Source of the DNA: an uncultured virus (IMG/VR IMGVR_UViG_3300012973_000875)
Lineage: Duplodnaviria > Heunggongvirae > Uroviricota > Caudoviricetes
Reading direction: 5' to 3' (one strand)
Virus record (IMG/VR): IMGVR_UViG_3300012973_000875
DNA: 64,000 nucleotides
Position 1 is the first letter of the stretch. Each line of letters begins with the position of its first letter. The position numbers and the translations under genes are program-made. Below, in pieces: positions 8,539-17,883 of this stretch. The notes under the pieces were generated by a model. It saw nothing but the letters and a program-made list of their open reading frames with translations. It did no database searches and was not told the origin of the DNA.

Positions 8539-8799
8539 ATGCCTGCGACACCCCGCTGGAAGCCGCACGACGTCATGTGCTTGAACGGTGAAGTCGTGCA
8601 AGCCCTGGTACGCCACGACCAGGACCTGGCCGCCAAGGTCGTGCCCTTGCTCCGCGAGCACCACTGGGCAGTCTACGATGTCGATCGGCTGGAGATTCTC
8701 GTGAGTGGCAAGCAGTTGCTCCTTGTGCAGGCCAAGCGTGAGGCCCTGGCCGCGATCCGCATCATTCGTAAGCAGCGGGCGGCCAGGCCCGCCGACTAA
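8539..8799 (+). CDS. Hypothetical protein
   Basis: GGAGGA RBS. Confidence 0.7.
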   Translation: MPATPRWKPHDVMCLNGEVVQALVRHDQDLAAKVVPLLREHHWAVYDVDRLEILVSGKQLLLVQAKREALAAIRIIRKQRAARPAD

Positions 8800-8813
8800 C
8801 CCGAGGGCGACGC

Positions 8814-9068
8814 GTGCGGGTCACGGTCTACAAGGATTACGACTGGCTGCTCAAGGCCGCCGACCGCATGGCGCGTGCCCTGGAGGCCGCGCCCCTGCAA
8901 ACCTGCCGCGACGTCGACCGGCTCACGGCCCGCTTCAACAGCCTGGAAAGGCAGTTGCACGGGCCGATCGTTCCCGTTGCCAAACGGCACGAGGCCATGG
9001 ATATGGCCGTGCGACTCAACCACGCGTGGTGCCGGGCCATGGACGACCCGACACCCGATTACCCCTGA
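8814..9068 (+). CDS. Hypothetical protein
   Basis: GAGG RBS + GTG; packed in gene run. Confidence 0.65.
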   Translation: MRVTVYKDYDWLLKAADRMARALEAAPLQTCRDVDRLTARFNSLERQLHGPIVPVAKRHEAMDMAVRLNHAWCRAMDDPTPDYP

Positions 9069-9077
9069 AAGTCCGTC

Positions 9078-9587
9078 ATGGTCAAACGCCACGTCTCCAA
9101 ACCCGCTTCCGGCGGCGACCCGGCGACCGTCGTCGACGAGCAGGCGATCCTCATCACCCTGTCAGGCGACCTGCGCACGCTCAAGGACGAGACGATGCGG
9201 GCGATCGTCCGGCGGGTCAACGCCGGCGAGGTCGTGGCCAAGGACAAGCCCGCCTCGGTCCTGTACTCGCTCGGGCACGATCTCGTGCACGGCGTCCACC
9301 GGGTCATCCGGGTCGTGCCCGTCGCGACCCACTGCTCGCAGTGCGGGGCGGCCGTCACCGCGAACGACGGTACGCCCCAGCACATCGACGACAACGGCAA
9401 CCCGCTTCAGTCGGTCAATGCGCACCACACCCCGGTGCAGCCCCGAGCCTCGAAGGTCCATTTCATCGGCATGAACGGCGCGCCGCTCTCGCAGGAGTTG
9501 CACGACCGCCTGAGTGCCGACGACCTGTATCTGATCCTCAAGTCGCTGGCGGAACCGATTAACGTTAATTACCGCGAGACCCCATGA
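9078..9587 (+). CDS. Hypothetical protein (CxxC)
   Basis: GC3 bias; HCSQCG...H motif similar to the next ORF. Confidence 0.7.
   Translation: MVKRHVSKPASGGDPATVVDEQAILITLSGDLRTLKDETMRAIVRRVNAGEVVAKDKPASVLYSLGHDLVHGVHRVIRVVPVATHCSQCGAAVTANDGTPQHIDDNGNPLQSVNAHHTPVQPRASKVHFIGMNGAPLSQELHDRLSADDLYLILKSLAEPINVNYRETP
9556..9573. promoter_or_regulatory. AT-rich palindromic site, copy 1
   Basis: cgATTAACGTTAATtacc; identical 18-mer at 17019. Confidence 0.65.
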
Positions 9588-10000
9588 CCAACCCCATTCT
9601 CGCCGCCATCCGGGCCGACCTGTTCCGCCAGATCCACGCCGCCGTGGCCGAGGGGAAGGTCCTGGCTCGCCCCGTCGGCCGTCTCGCCGGCATGGAGCGG
9701 CAGCGGATCAAAGCGGTCGTGCTCAGCGAGCATCCCTGCGGCCAGTGCGGGATCCGGCTCCAAAAGCAGTACGACGACTCGTTCCTCCACGTCGATGGCG
9801 AGGACAAGGCGATGGCTGAGCCCAATCGCCACCACACGGCCTGGCCCAACGAGGGTGCGCCGCGTGCGGTCGACTTCATCATGGAGGCCGGAGGCGGCCG
9901 CCTGCGATCAGACCTTGTCGACAAGCTCACGATCGAGGACCTGACGAATTGCCTGGACGCCCTGCGGCACAAGGACGATGTGATCCATTACCAGGGCTGA
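9584..10000 (+). CDS. Hypothetical protein (CxxC...H)
   Basis: ATGA coupling; PCGQCG...LHVD...HHTAWP. Confidence 0.7.
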   Translation: MTNPILAAIRADLFRQIHAAVAEGKVLARPVGRLAGMERQRIKAVVLSEHPCGQCGIRLQKQYDDSFLHVDGEDKAMAEPNRHHTAWPNEGAPRAVDFIMEAGGGRLRSDLVDKLTIEDLTNCLDALRHKDDVIHYQG

Positions 10001-10019
10001 GCCCTTGCTGGAGGATTCC

Positions 10020-10322
10020 ATGGCGGATGCCACCCCCGAGTGCACGTTCGTGACCGTGCGCTCCCAGACGGTCGAGGCCCTGACGATGATTCCGGTGGCG
10101 ATCCCCGGGCTCCCCGTCATCGCGGCGGTGATCCTGCCCGGCATGACCGGCACCCTGCTCCACCTGGCCAAGGCCAACGGCCCGCACGTCGCGGTCGTGC
10201 GCTGGCACGCCGCGTTCGTGGTCCCGCCCTGGGGCGAGGATCACGTGCCGTTAAAGAAGATCCTTTTCGAGGACGGACTCGACATCGAGTGCCCCGCCCG
10301 CTCCATCAAGGTCTGCCCGTGA
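10020..10322 (+). CDS. Hypothetical protein
   Basis: GGAGGA RBS. Confidence 0.65.
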   Translation: MADATPECTFVTVRSQTVEALTMIPVAIPGLPVIAAVILPGMTGTLLHLAKANGPHVAVVRWHAAFVVPPWGEDHVPLKKILFEDGLDIECPARSIKVCP

Positions 10323-10332
10323 GGAGTGACCC

Positions 10333-10662
10333 ATGTTCGACCTGTTCCGCTGGGAGGTGGCCAGCCTCCTCCTGGGCGATGGCCTGCTGGCCCTGACGAC
10401 CGCCACGATCGCGGTGGCCTTCTACCACTGGCGGCACCACGCGCCGGTCGTGGCGGTCGTCGTGGGCGGCAGCAATGTCGTGTTCACCAGCATCTGCCTG
10501 CTGCGGATTATCCTCTGCCTGGCCGACCGGGCGTCGCTCCTGACCTGCCTGGCGCAGCGGGACGCCCTCTGGAAAACCCTGCTGGTCTGCGCCCTGCTCC
10601 TAGGCATGTACAACGAGCAACTGCGCCACATGTTCAACAACCGGAGAGCCCCCCATGGCTAG
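10333..10662 (+). CDS. Small membrane protein
   Basis: Three hydrophobic segments; GAGGAG RBS. Confidence 0.7.
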   Translation: MFDLFRWEVASLLLGDGLLALTTATIAVAFYHWRHHAPVVAVVVGGSNVVFTSICLLRIILCLADRASLLTCLAQRDALWKTLLVCALLLGMYNEQLRHMFNNRRAPHG

Positions 10663-10867
10663 CCCCGAGACCGCCCCAGACCTTGCGACCATTCCCGACA
10701 CGCTGCGGGATATCCGCCGAACGCTCATGGACGCACTGCAACAGTGCAGACGCCAGTCTTTCGTGGGGCACCCGGTGAGCCTCGCGATGACCGGCTCGCT
10801 GGACGCCACGATGTCGTTTGACGACCTGTGCACGATCCTCGATCAGCTAGAACAGCCGAGGTCGTAA
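10655..10867 (+). CDS. Hypothetical protein
   Basis: GGAG RBS; overlaps upstream stop. Confidence 0.6.
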   Translation: MASPETAPDLATIPDTLRDIRRTLMDALQQCRRQSFVGHPVSLAMTGSLDATMSFDDLCTILDQLEQPRS

Positions 10868-10924
10868 GTCGTTTTGTCCATTCCCGTTCCCATCCCCCAC
10901 TCCTGAATCCCGAGGACGATTCCC

Positions 10925-11263
10925 ATGGAACTCCGCGAACAGATCCGCCAGGGTACGCTGGTCCGCGCCACCGAGACGTTCGTCACCATCCAGGACGGCA
11001 GCCACGTGCTGGTCATCAAGGGCACATACGGGATCCTGAGCCGGATGACCATCGCCTTCGACGAGGACGGCGATCCCAGCGGCTACACGCCCACGATCCT
11101 CTGGCAGAGGGTCTTCCGCACCGTCCCGAGAGCGGGCGTCACTGTCGCCACTATCGGCGACCGGTGCATCGAGACATCTGGTGATCCCCAGATCGCCGAC
11201 AAGTTCGAGTTGGCCTACTTCACCAATCCGTTCCCCTCGAACGAGCCCTCCCCGGTTATCTAA
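10925..11263 (+). CDS. Hypothetical protein
   Basis: GAGGA RBS. Confidence 0.7.
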   Translation: MELREQIRQGTLVRATETFVTIQDGSHVLVIKGTYGILSRMTIAFDEDGDPSGYTPTILWQRVFRTVPRAGVTVATIGDRCIETSGDPQIADKFELAYFTNPFPSNEPSPVI

Positions 11264-11311
11264 CGCGTCACGTTCTCCCGGAATCCCACTTACCCAGTCA
11301 GGATCACCACC

Positions 11312-11650
11312 ATGGTCACAGTTGAGACCTCCCTGCCAGACAAGATCTTCGTTCGAGCCACGGCCGCGATTGAGAGCCTGGTCGTCGTCGACCCCGCCGG
11401 CGAGGACGGCCCCGATGTTGCCACCGTGCTGCCAGGTACTCGCGGCATCCTTCGCGGCGTCGGTCGGCGGTACGACATGCGCCGCGTCGATATGGCGGAC
11501 ACGGTCGCCACAATCCTCTGGGAGCGGGTCTACATCAGTCCCACGAAACGCCCCGAGGTGGAGAGCCACGGTCGCTACAGCGCGAGCACGCTGCATCAGG
11601 AGTTCGCGTTCGAGACCGACCAGATCGACAGCTTCAAGGTCCTCGACTGA
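11312..11650 (+). CDS. Hypothetical protein
   Basis: AGGA RBS; flanked by 11 bp direct repeat cttacccagtc. Confidence 0.7.
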   Translation: MVTVETSLPDKIFVRATAAIESLVVVDPAGEDGPDVATVLPGTRGILRGVGRRYDMRRVDMADTVATILWERVYISPTKRPEVESHGRYSASTLHQEFAFETDQIDSFKVLD

Positions 11651-11858
11651 GGTGACTCGCTGCCTTACCCAGTCGGCAAACTCACCGGAACACGCCATCT
11701 GCCCGTAGTCGGTTCGACAGGCAGACTTGCTGACGCTTTGGCGTCGACAGGGTGAAGACCGGTCCACGAGTTGGTCGAAAGAGAAAGGCAGGGGACGGGT
11801 GCCAGCCCCTCCCCTGCCCTGTCATGATCACCCCGGGTCCAAGCCGGAGCCATCAGTT

Positions 11859-12122
11859 ATGCAGACCGTCATTGAAACCGCCGTCAAAGCTCCCCGGAAG
11901 CGTGCCGCCAAGGCGTCAACCCGGGAGGACGCCTCCAAGGCAAAGTGCACCTTGCACCTGAGCCCCGAAGCGGCCAAGCGGATTGGCATCACGGCCGTGA
12001 TGACCGGCCAGAGCTTATCCGGTGTTGTCGAGAGTCTGGTCATGGAGCACCTCCGCCGCTTCGTCGTTTCCGATCGGGCAAAGTCTGCCGACCAGGTGAT
12101 GGAATCTGTATCGGCAGTCTGA
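11859..12122 (+). CDS. Putative ribbon-helix-helix DNA-binding protein
   Basis: KCTLHLSPEAAKRIGITAVMTGQSLSGVVESLV fits the strand-helix-G-x-S-helix RHH pattern. Confidence 0.6.
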   Translation: MQTVIETAVKAPRKRAAKASTREDASKAKCTLHLSPEAAKRIGITAVMTGQSLSGVVESLVMEHLRRFVVSDRAKSADQVMESVSAV

Positions 12123-12219
12123 TCCGGTAGCCTTAGAGAATCCTGGTAATTTGTGAGGCCCTTCCCTGCCCTGGGATGGGCCTCGTTGCGTTGCTGGGAG
12201 CGGGGAAGGGCAGGGGCCC

Positions 12220-12456
12220 ATGGATAACGAGGAGAGTGACGCCGTGGCCGCGACCAGTTCGACCAAGGATCTCGAAGAGGGCGATCTCTGCCCTGGCTGC
12301 AAGGGTGTGATCCACTTACCACCGGCCGTGGATTGCTCCTGCCACATCAACCCGCCGTGCTCGGCCTGTACCAGTCAGGAACTGGTCTGTTCGCTCTGCG
12401 GCATGACCCAGGAGGACTGGGACCGCATGACGCCTGACAACCCCGAACCCGTGTAA
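12220..12456 (+). CDS. Small Cys-rich Zn-binding protein
   Basis: CPGC...CSCHINPPCSAC...CSLC. Confidence 0.7.
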   Translation: MDNEESDAVAATSSTKDLEEGDLCPGCKGVIHLPPAVDCSCHINPPCSACTSQELVCSLCGMTQEDWDRMTPDNPEPV

Positions 12457-12484
12457 GGAGAAATGGTCGACGCAGATCGTCTAC

Positions 12485-12910
12485 GTGGCAGACGACAACA
12501 CGCTATGGGCGACGGAGGATGGTGCGAAAACAAGGGACGCACTGCTGGCCGAGATCTCGGAGATCGAGAAGCGGCTTGCGATCGATCCAGCGGCCCGTGC
12601 CAGACTCACCGAGGATCCTGATCAATGGGTCCAACACGATCGCGATGTCTACTGGGATGCCGAGCATCGTTACAGTGCGGCTATGGACGCGTGGCTTGAG
12701 CAGCGGCGATATGACCTGACCGCGCTCAACGGGGTCGAGTACGCGCCGCATCCATTCCGTCCCGTGTACGAACGCGCTGTTCCCGATACTGATCCCGACT
12801 TGCCAATCCTACGTGACACACCACTGGCGGCACTCGGTCGTCGCCTACGGTGTTTCGACAGTAATGGACGAGAGCACGGTAAGGCCGTACGCGAGTTCGA
12901 CCTGTTCTAG
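12485..12910 (+). CDS. Hypothetical protein
   Basis: Open frame with weaker GC3 bias; start uncertain. Confidence 0.6.
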   Translation: MADDNTLWATEDGAKTRDALLAEISEIEKRLAIDPAARARLTEDPDQWVQHDRDVYWDAEHRYSAAMDAWLEQRRYDLTALNGVEYAPHPFRPVYERAVPDTDPDLPILRDTPLAALGRRLRCFDSNGREHGKAVREFDLF

Positions 12911-12919
12911 CGACACACA

Positions 12920-12964
12920 GCCCATCGCCCCACTCCGGGGCATGGGCCATTTTTTTTAGCTATC
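12920..12964 (+). terminator. Intrinsic terminator ending the accessory block
   Basis: gcccat-cgcccc-actcc-gggg-c-atgggc hairpin followed by T8-agctatc. Confidence 0.75.
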
Positions 12965-13029
12965 AGCGGGTAGACTGAAAGCCGCACCTAACACGCAAGG
13001 AATGACGCAGTAGCAAGGAGGCGAACCAG

Positions 13030-16000
13030 ATGCCCGTACCCAGTGGCAACGTGCAGCCCGGTCGAGTGGGAGAGGGACGAGGACAGATCCGCATTACTCC
13101 CACTCAGGCCAATGGCGAGGAAGCCTGGAATTCACTGGAGCAGTATCGACCAGGGAAGAGTCGCGTGGACTCAGTCGTGGGAGGACAACGACCGACCACC
13201 AATCGGCTGAACTTCGTCGATGCAGGACACCGTAAACGAGCAGGGCTAGAGTCAGGCGATCCGATCGGCACACCGCAGCCCTACCTGGGAGCACCGATCT
13301 CCAGCCAGGAGCCAGGAGAGCAGGTCCTGGGGAACGCCATGGGCTGGGGGCAGGATGTGGGAGGAGGGCACGGCTCCCGGATTGGCGGGCCCGTGCTCAA
13401 GGGGCTGCCGTCAGGGGTTGCTGGCGGGAGTGGCCAGACGGTGGAGCAGGGGGGTGTGCCGGGTGAGCCGCTAGGTGGGCCGGAAGGTATGCCGTCAGGC
13501 GGTCCGGAAGGTGTGCCGTCAGGCGGTCCGGAAGGTGTGCCGTCAGGCGAGTCGATGGGCAGCGGTCGGATGCTGACCACTGAGGATCTGCTCGCGCTCG
13601 CGGCGGCAGCCAGGGCTCGGGGCGTCGACCCCCGTTCGGGGGGATTCAAGTCAGCGGCGTTCGCTGATGCGTTCGATTCCGACCCGGTGGCCAGGCTCAC
13701 GGCGGCGTTCCCCGAGCAGGTCGGCTTCCTCGCCTACTGCCACACCCATGGCGCAAGCGAGGCCCAGATCGAGGCCGGGATCACCAAGGTCGCCTCGGCC
13801 GACCCCGCTGTCGCGGCCCGCTGGGAGTCGTTCCTCGACGAGGTTGCCGACCAGGCCGCGACCTTCACCAAGCTCGCGATGAACGACTGGTACGCCAACG
13901 GTGGGAAGGACACGCCGGAGGTTGTCTGGTCGCCGACGGACGCGACCACCAGCGGTAAGCCGACCGGGTGTGATTGCCCGGACTATCCCCGCATCAAGAT
14001 GCGGAACGGCAGCGGTCACCAGACTAAGTGTGCCCACCACGTGGCCTACCTTCGGCAGCGGAACACGCGACCGCAGCAGAAGTCCGCCGGTGTCACCAGC
14101 GACATGCTCAGGCGGGTGCAGCGGTCGATCACGCCGTATGTCGAGAACAAGGTCGTTCCCTACATGCCGCAGCCCAAGCCGCTGCCCAAACCCCAGGTCG
14201 TGCCGCAGGCTCCCAGCCAGATCGTCGCCCCCTTGAAGCCGACCGTGCCGGGCATCCAGCAGCAACCGCTGCGGCGACCGGGCGCCGGCGGCATTCCTGG
14301 TGGGGCGCCTCGGCCGCAGGTGGCGATGCGCCAGCCCATGAAGCGGGCCAGCTACAAGCGGGCCGAGTCGATCGGCCTGGGCGGGCTCGAACCGATGAAG
14401 CCGGCCCCCTCGCTAGCCCCCAAGCCAGCGGCTCCCGCTGCGGGTGGCGGTGTCCCGCCCACCCCGCTCACCCGTGCCGCGCCCACCCCGCCGGCACCGC
14501 GCGGCACGACCGGACCGGGGCTGGCCTCGCCGGCGGCGGTGGCCGGGGCCCAGCGGAACACGGCGGCGGCCGGGCCGATGGCTCGCCCCGCGCCGACGCC
14601 CGGGAGCCCCGAGACGATGACGCCGGCGCAGCGGGCCGCCGAGATGCAGCGGCTCAAGACACCCGTCCCGGGCCAGGGCCTGCTCGGCGCTGCGTCGGGC
14701 GTGGCGGGGCGGGCCCTGGCCGGTACACCCCGCGCCATCCTCGGGGCGGCGACCGTGCCCGGTGCGGCCGTCGCGACCGTGGGCCGTGCGGCCAACGAGA
14801 CATTCAACCCGCAGCCGGGCGGCGCTGCGCGCATTTTCGACCCGCTCAAGGCGAGCGGCCGCGATCTGATGAACCCGCTGTCGCAGGCGTACGGGCAGTC
14901 GCCCGAGGCCCTGCTCTCCCGGGCCTCGGGCGGGTCCCTGGCCGACCAGGACGCCGCTGACGCCACGGCCGGGGGCAGCATGTGGGACGAGTTCTCCGCC
15001 GCCAGCGATCGCTACGGCCGGGCCGCCCAGACGGCGGACAATCCCTGGTCGGCCGCCGGCAACCAGTTGGCCGCGACCGGCCTGGGGCTCGCCCCGGCGG
15101 CGATCACGGCCACGGCCGGCGGGGCAGGGCTGGGCGCGGTGGCGCCCCGGCTCATGGGCCTGGGCAGCGCCGGCGGGGTCGCGGGCAAGCTCACCGCCCA
15201 GGCCGGCGTCGGGGCCGTTGGCAACAACACGAGCATGGCCAGCCCCGAGCAATCCCCCCTGGAGGATGGCCCCACGGGCGACATGGACGCCCTCCAGCCC
15301 CAGCCCGATCCGGCCACCCAGTCCGGCATGCCGCCGGAAGGGGGCCAGCCCGCCGCTCCTGGAGCGGCCGGGGCTCCCGGCGATCCAGCGGCCCAGGCTC
15401 AACCCGGAGCGCCCCAGCAGGCTCCTGGTGCCGCTCCCGCCGATCCGGCAAATCCGGCGGATCCCGCAAATCCGACCCAACCGGCCGATCCGGCCCAGCA
15501 GCCGGCGGCGCAGGGCCCCGAGCCGATGCCCAGCCAGCAGCAGATCGACGCCATGCCGCCGGAGATGGCCAAGGCCAGCTACGACCAGGCCGTCGAGCAG
15601 GCCACCTCGTTGACCCCCGAGGCCCTGGAGCAGATGCCTCCCGAGCAGCGCGAGGCCGCCGTCAAGAGTGCGGTCACCTCGATGCTGCCGCACGTCTCGA
15701 AGGCGACCGGCCAGCCGATCGAGTCACTGATGCAGAAGGCCCAGGAAGGGGGCTGGGACGCCAAGGATCTGGAGTGGGCCCAGCAGACCGCCGGTGGCCA
15801 GGAACTCATGCAGCAAGCGGCCGCCCAGGGGCAGGATCCGCAGAAGGGGTTCATGAGCATGTTCAGCGGCATGGACGGCATGTCGCAGATGGGCATGATC
15901 ATCGGCCTGCCGCTCATGCTCCTGGGAGCCGTGAGCAGCATGTTCGGCGGCGGTGGGCTGGGCTCGATGCTCATGACTCTTCTCGGCGGAGCGATGGCCG

Positions 16001-16410
16001 GGTACGGTGCTTACCAGGGGGGCATGTTCGGCGGTGGCGGTGGTGGAGCCGGCGGCGGTGGTGGCGGGCTGGGCGGCATGCTCGGCGGGTTGTTTGGGGG
16101 TGGCGGCGGGCAGCAGCCTGCGGCCGCTCCCGGCGCCCAGGCCCCGCCGACCTCGGCGATTCCAGCCGCTCCGATCCCTGGCGCTGCACCGGCTCCGGCC
16201 CCTGCGGCCCCGGCCCGGCAGGGCTGGGTGGACTGGATGAAGACCAAGGGGCTGGACATGGTGCCCGAGTCGATGGTGCCCAGCATGGTCGACCACTTCG
16301 CTCCCGAGGGGATGCAAGGGGCGATCGCGGCGGGGCGGCAGGCGGGCATGACCCCGGCCATGGAGCGGGCCATGGCCAAGCAGTACATGGCGGGAGGTGG
16401 CGGTGTCTAA
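13030..16410 (+). CDS. Large Pro/Gly/Ala/Gln-rich K-x-A-punctuated protein with SWIM-like Zn finger and C-terminal hydrophobic hairpin (probable virion-internal protein)
   Basis: AAGGAGG RBS; KSAA, KVAS, KLAM, KSAG, KRAS/KRAE motifs; CDCPD...CAHH; MIIGLPLMLLGAVSSMFGGGGLGSMLMTLLGG. Confidence 0.8.
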   Translation: MPVPSGNVQPGRVGEGRGQIRITPTQANGEEAWNSLEQYRPGKSRVDSVVGGQRPTTNRLNFVDAGHRKRAGLESGDPIGTPQPYLGAPISSQEPGEQVLGNAMGWGQDVGGGHGSRIGGPVLKGLPSGVAGGSGQTVEQGGVPGEPLGGPEGMPSGGPEGVPSGGPEGVPSGESMGSGRMLTTEDLLALAAAARARGVDPRSGGFKSAAFADAFDSDPVARLTAAFPEQVGFLAYCHTHGASEAQIEAGITKVASADPAVAARWESFLDEVADQAATFTKLAMNDWYANGGKDTPEVVWSPTDATTSGKPTGCDCPDYPRIKMRNGSGHQTKCAHHVAYLRQRNTRPQQKSAGVTSDMLRRVQRSITPYVENKVVPYMPQPKPLPKPQVVPQAPSQIVAPLKPTVPGIQQQPLRRPGAGGIPGGAPRPQVAMRQPMKRASYKRAESIGLGGLEPMKPAPSLAPKPAAPAAGGGVPPTPLTRAAPTPPAPRGTTGPGLASPAAVAGAQRNTAAAGPMARPAPTPGSPETMTPAQRAAEMQRLKTPVPGQGLLGAASGVAGRALAGTPRAILGAATVPGAAVATVGRAANETFNPQPGGAARIFDPLKASGRDLMNPLSQAYGQSPEALLSRASGGSLADQDAADATAGGSMWDEFSAASDRYGRAAQTADNPWSAAGNQLAATGLGLAPAAITATAGGAGLGAVAPRLMGLGSAGGVAGKLTAQAGVGAVGNNTSMASPEQSPLEDGPTGDMDALQPQPDPATQSGMPPEGGQPAAPGAAGAPGDPAAQAQPGAPQQAPGAAPADPANPADPANPTQPADPAQQPAAQGPEPMPSQQQIDAMPPEMAKASYDQAVEQATSLTPEALEQMPPEQREAAVKSAVTSMLPHVSKATGQPIESLMQKAQEGGWDAKDLEWAQQTAGGQELMQQAAAQGQDPQKGFMSMFSGMDGMSQMGMIIGLPLMLLGAVSSMFGGGGLGSMLMTLLGGAMAGYGAYQGGMFGGGGGGAGGGGGGLGGMLGGLFGGGGGQQPAAAPGAQAPPTSAIPAAPIPGAAPAPAPAAPARQGWVDWMKTKGLDMVPESMVPSMVDHFAPEGMQGAIAAGRQAGMTPAMERAMAKQYMAGGGGV
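13477..13548 (+). repeat. 3 x 24 bp coding tandem repeat (GPEG[MV]PSG)
   Basis: ggtccggaaggtgtgccgtcaggc twice, plus one copy with two mismatches. Confidence 0.9.
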
Positions 16411-16508
16411 CGGACATGCGCTCTCGCCCACGGGCGAGGTGATCCTGGTTGACGGCCAACCGCACCTCGTCTTGGTTGACGTCTGGAACCGACCCCGAGG
16501 AGCCAACC

Positions 16509-16667
16509 ATGTTGGGGATGACCGACGACGATCGCGCCTTGGCTCGCCAGTTGGTCGAGACCGAGGCGATTGCCTGGCAGGCGTTCCGCAATGGGGCGCT
16601 GCTGGGCCTGGTGCTTGGGTCTATCGGCGGGATCGCCCTGACCCTCCAATGGCTGGCTCGGAGCTAA
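16509..16667 (+). CDS. Small membrane protein
   Basis: GAGGAG RBS; C-terminal hydrophobic helix. Confidence 0.55.
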   Translation: MLGMTDDDRALARQLVETEAIAWQAFRNGALLGLVLGSIGGIALTLQWLARS

Positions 16668-16780
16668 CTCGATGACAGCCGAAGAACGTCAAGCACAGCG
16701 GGCGGCGTGGTACGCCGCCTTGCTCATCCGCTACAACGAGGCGATCGCTCTCGACCACGTGCGACCCTATCAGGTGACCT

Positions 16781-17011
16781 ATGGTGCGTGACGAACCGTG
16801 GTGCAACGTGCCGGTCCAGGTCGCAGGCACCTTCGACGCGGTCGAGGTGGCGAGTCGCGAGACCCGCTGGCGACGGGACGAGGCGGCCGATCGCTACATC
16901 CTGGAGCAGCGGGACGAGACCGTGCGGTACAACCGCCGCCTCAACGGCGTGCTCGTGTTGTGCGGGGCTCTGGCCGTCGGCAAGGTGCTCGCCTGGCTCC
17001 ACTGGATCTGA
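16781..17011 (+). CDS. Small membrane-anchored protein
   Basis: C-terminal hydrophobic helix; start uncertain. Confidence 0.55.
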   Translation: MVRDEPWCNVPVQVAGTFDAVEVASRETRWRRDEAADRYILEQRDETVRYNRRLNGVLVLCGALAVGKVLAWLHWI

Positions 17012-17018
17012 TCGCGAT

Positions 17019-17036
17019 CGATTAACGTTAATTACC
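17019..17036. promoter_or_regulatory. AT-rich palindromic site, copy 2
   Basis: cgATTAACGTTAATtacc, intergenic. Confidence 0.65.
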
Positions 17037-17214
17037 CACTGCCCGCCCCTTCTCCCCGGAGGCATCCTCCCATGCTCACCCGGAAGCGGACCCTGCGGCA
17101 GATCCTCGGCGACTTCGTCGAGGACGTGATCGAGGACCACTCAGAGGAGGCGGCCGGGCTGGCCATCGCCATCGCCGCTGTCACACTGCTCTTCCTCCTA
17201 TCGAGGTGCGTGAC

Positions 17215-17460
17215 ATGACCCCTGACCAGATCGTGGCTCTGCTCCTGGCCATCAGCTTCGGGGCGGTCCGCCTGGCGGCCGCCTGCGACCTGTTCGTCTT
17301 CACCGGCCACCCGTTCCGGTTCTTCGAGGCGTTCGCCCACCTCTTCGTGGGCTGGATCCTCGGCGTGTATGCGGCGAACCGCCAGACGCCCTACCTCGTG
17401 ATCGCCATCGCCGTGTCGCTGGCCGAGGTCGTGGCCTTCTTCATTGGGCGAGGCGTCTAG
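17215..17460 (+). CDS. Small membrane protein
   Basis: GAGGTG RBS; three hydrophobic segments. Confidence 0.65.
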   Translation: MTPDQIVALLLAISFGAVRLAAACDLFVFTGHPFRFFEAFAHLFVGWILGVYAANRQTPYLVIAIAVSLAEVVAFFIGRGV

Positions 17461-17461
17461 C

Positions 17462-17881
17462 GTGCCAACCGACATGTCCACCGCGCTGGTCGAGGTCACC
17501 GAGTCGATCCTTCAGCGGTTCTGGTATCACACGGGCCAGGGCTGCTGGTTCTACCCCCGCAAGCGGTATCGTCATCACGACCCGGCGGTAGCCGGCACCT
17601 GGATCACGGGGTTCGCCAACCACCCCGAGGAACCCGCGCGGTGGAAGGTCGTGCTGGTTGCCGAGTCCGAGTTCCAGGCGACACGCGCGACGGGTGAGCC
17701 GATCTTCCTGACGGGCCCAGCGGCGGAGCAAACCGCGCCCGTCCCGCCACCGGTCAACGACTTGCTCGCACTCTTCCACGTTCCGGAGGCACCGGACGGG
17801 ATCCTGCACTTCATCCCGCCGACAGCCGACGCGTGGCCCGGTCCTGCGTGCGTCACCGTTTCCGTACGTGAGTACCCCTGA
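17462..17881 (+). CDS. Hypothetical protein
   Basis: Packed between neighbours; start uncertain. Confidence 0.6.
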   Translation: MPTDMSTALVEVTESILQRFWYHTGQGCWFYPRKRYRHHDPAVAGTWITGFANHPEEPARWKVVLVAESEFQATRATGEPIFLTGPAAEQTAPVPPPVNDLLALFHVPEAPDGILHFIPPTADAWPGPACVTVSVREYP

Positions 17882-17883
17882 CC

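Noticed and set aside
9556..9573. Palindrome as parS, dif or CtrA site
   Set aside because: Does not match TGTTTCACGTGAAACA, the dif arm arrangement or TTAA-N7-TTAA
1922..12964. Inverted-repeat-bounded block as a transposon
   Set aside because: No transposase or integrase motif and no target-site duplication seen
13477..13548. 24 bp repeats as CRISPR or iterons
   Set aside because: Contiguous in-frame repeats without spacers, inside a CDS
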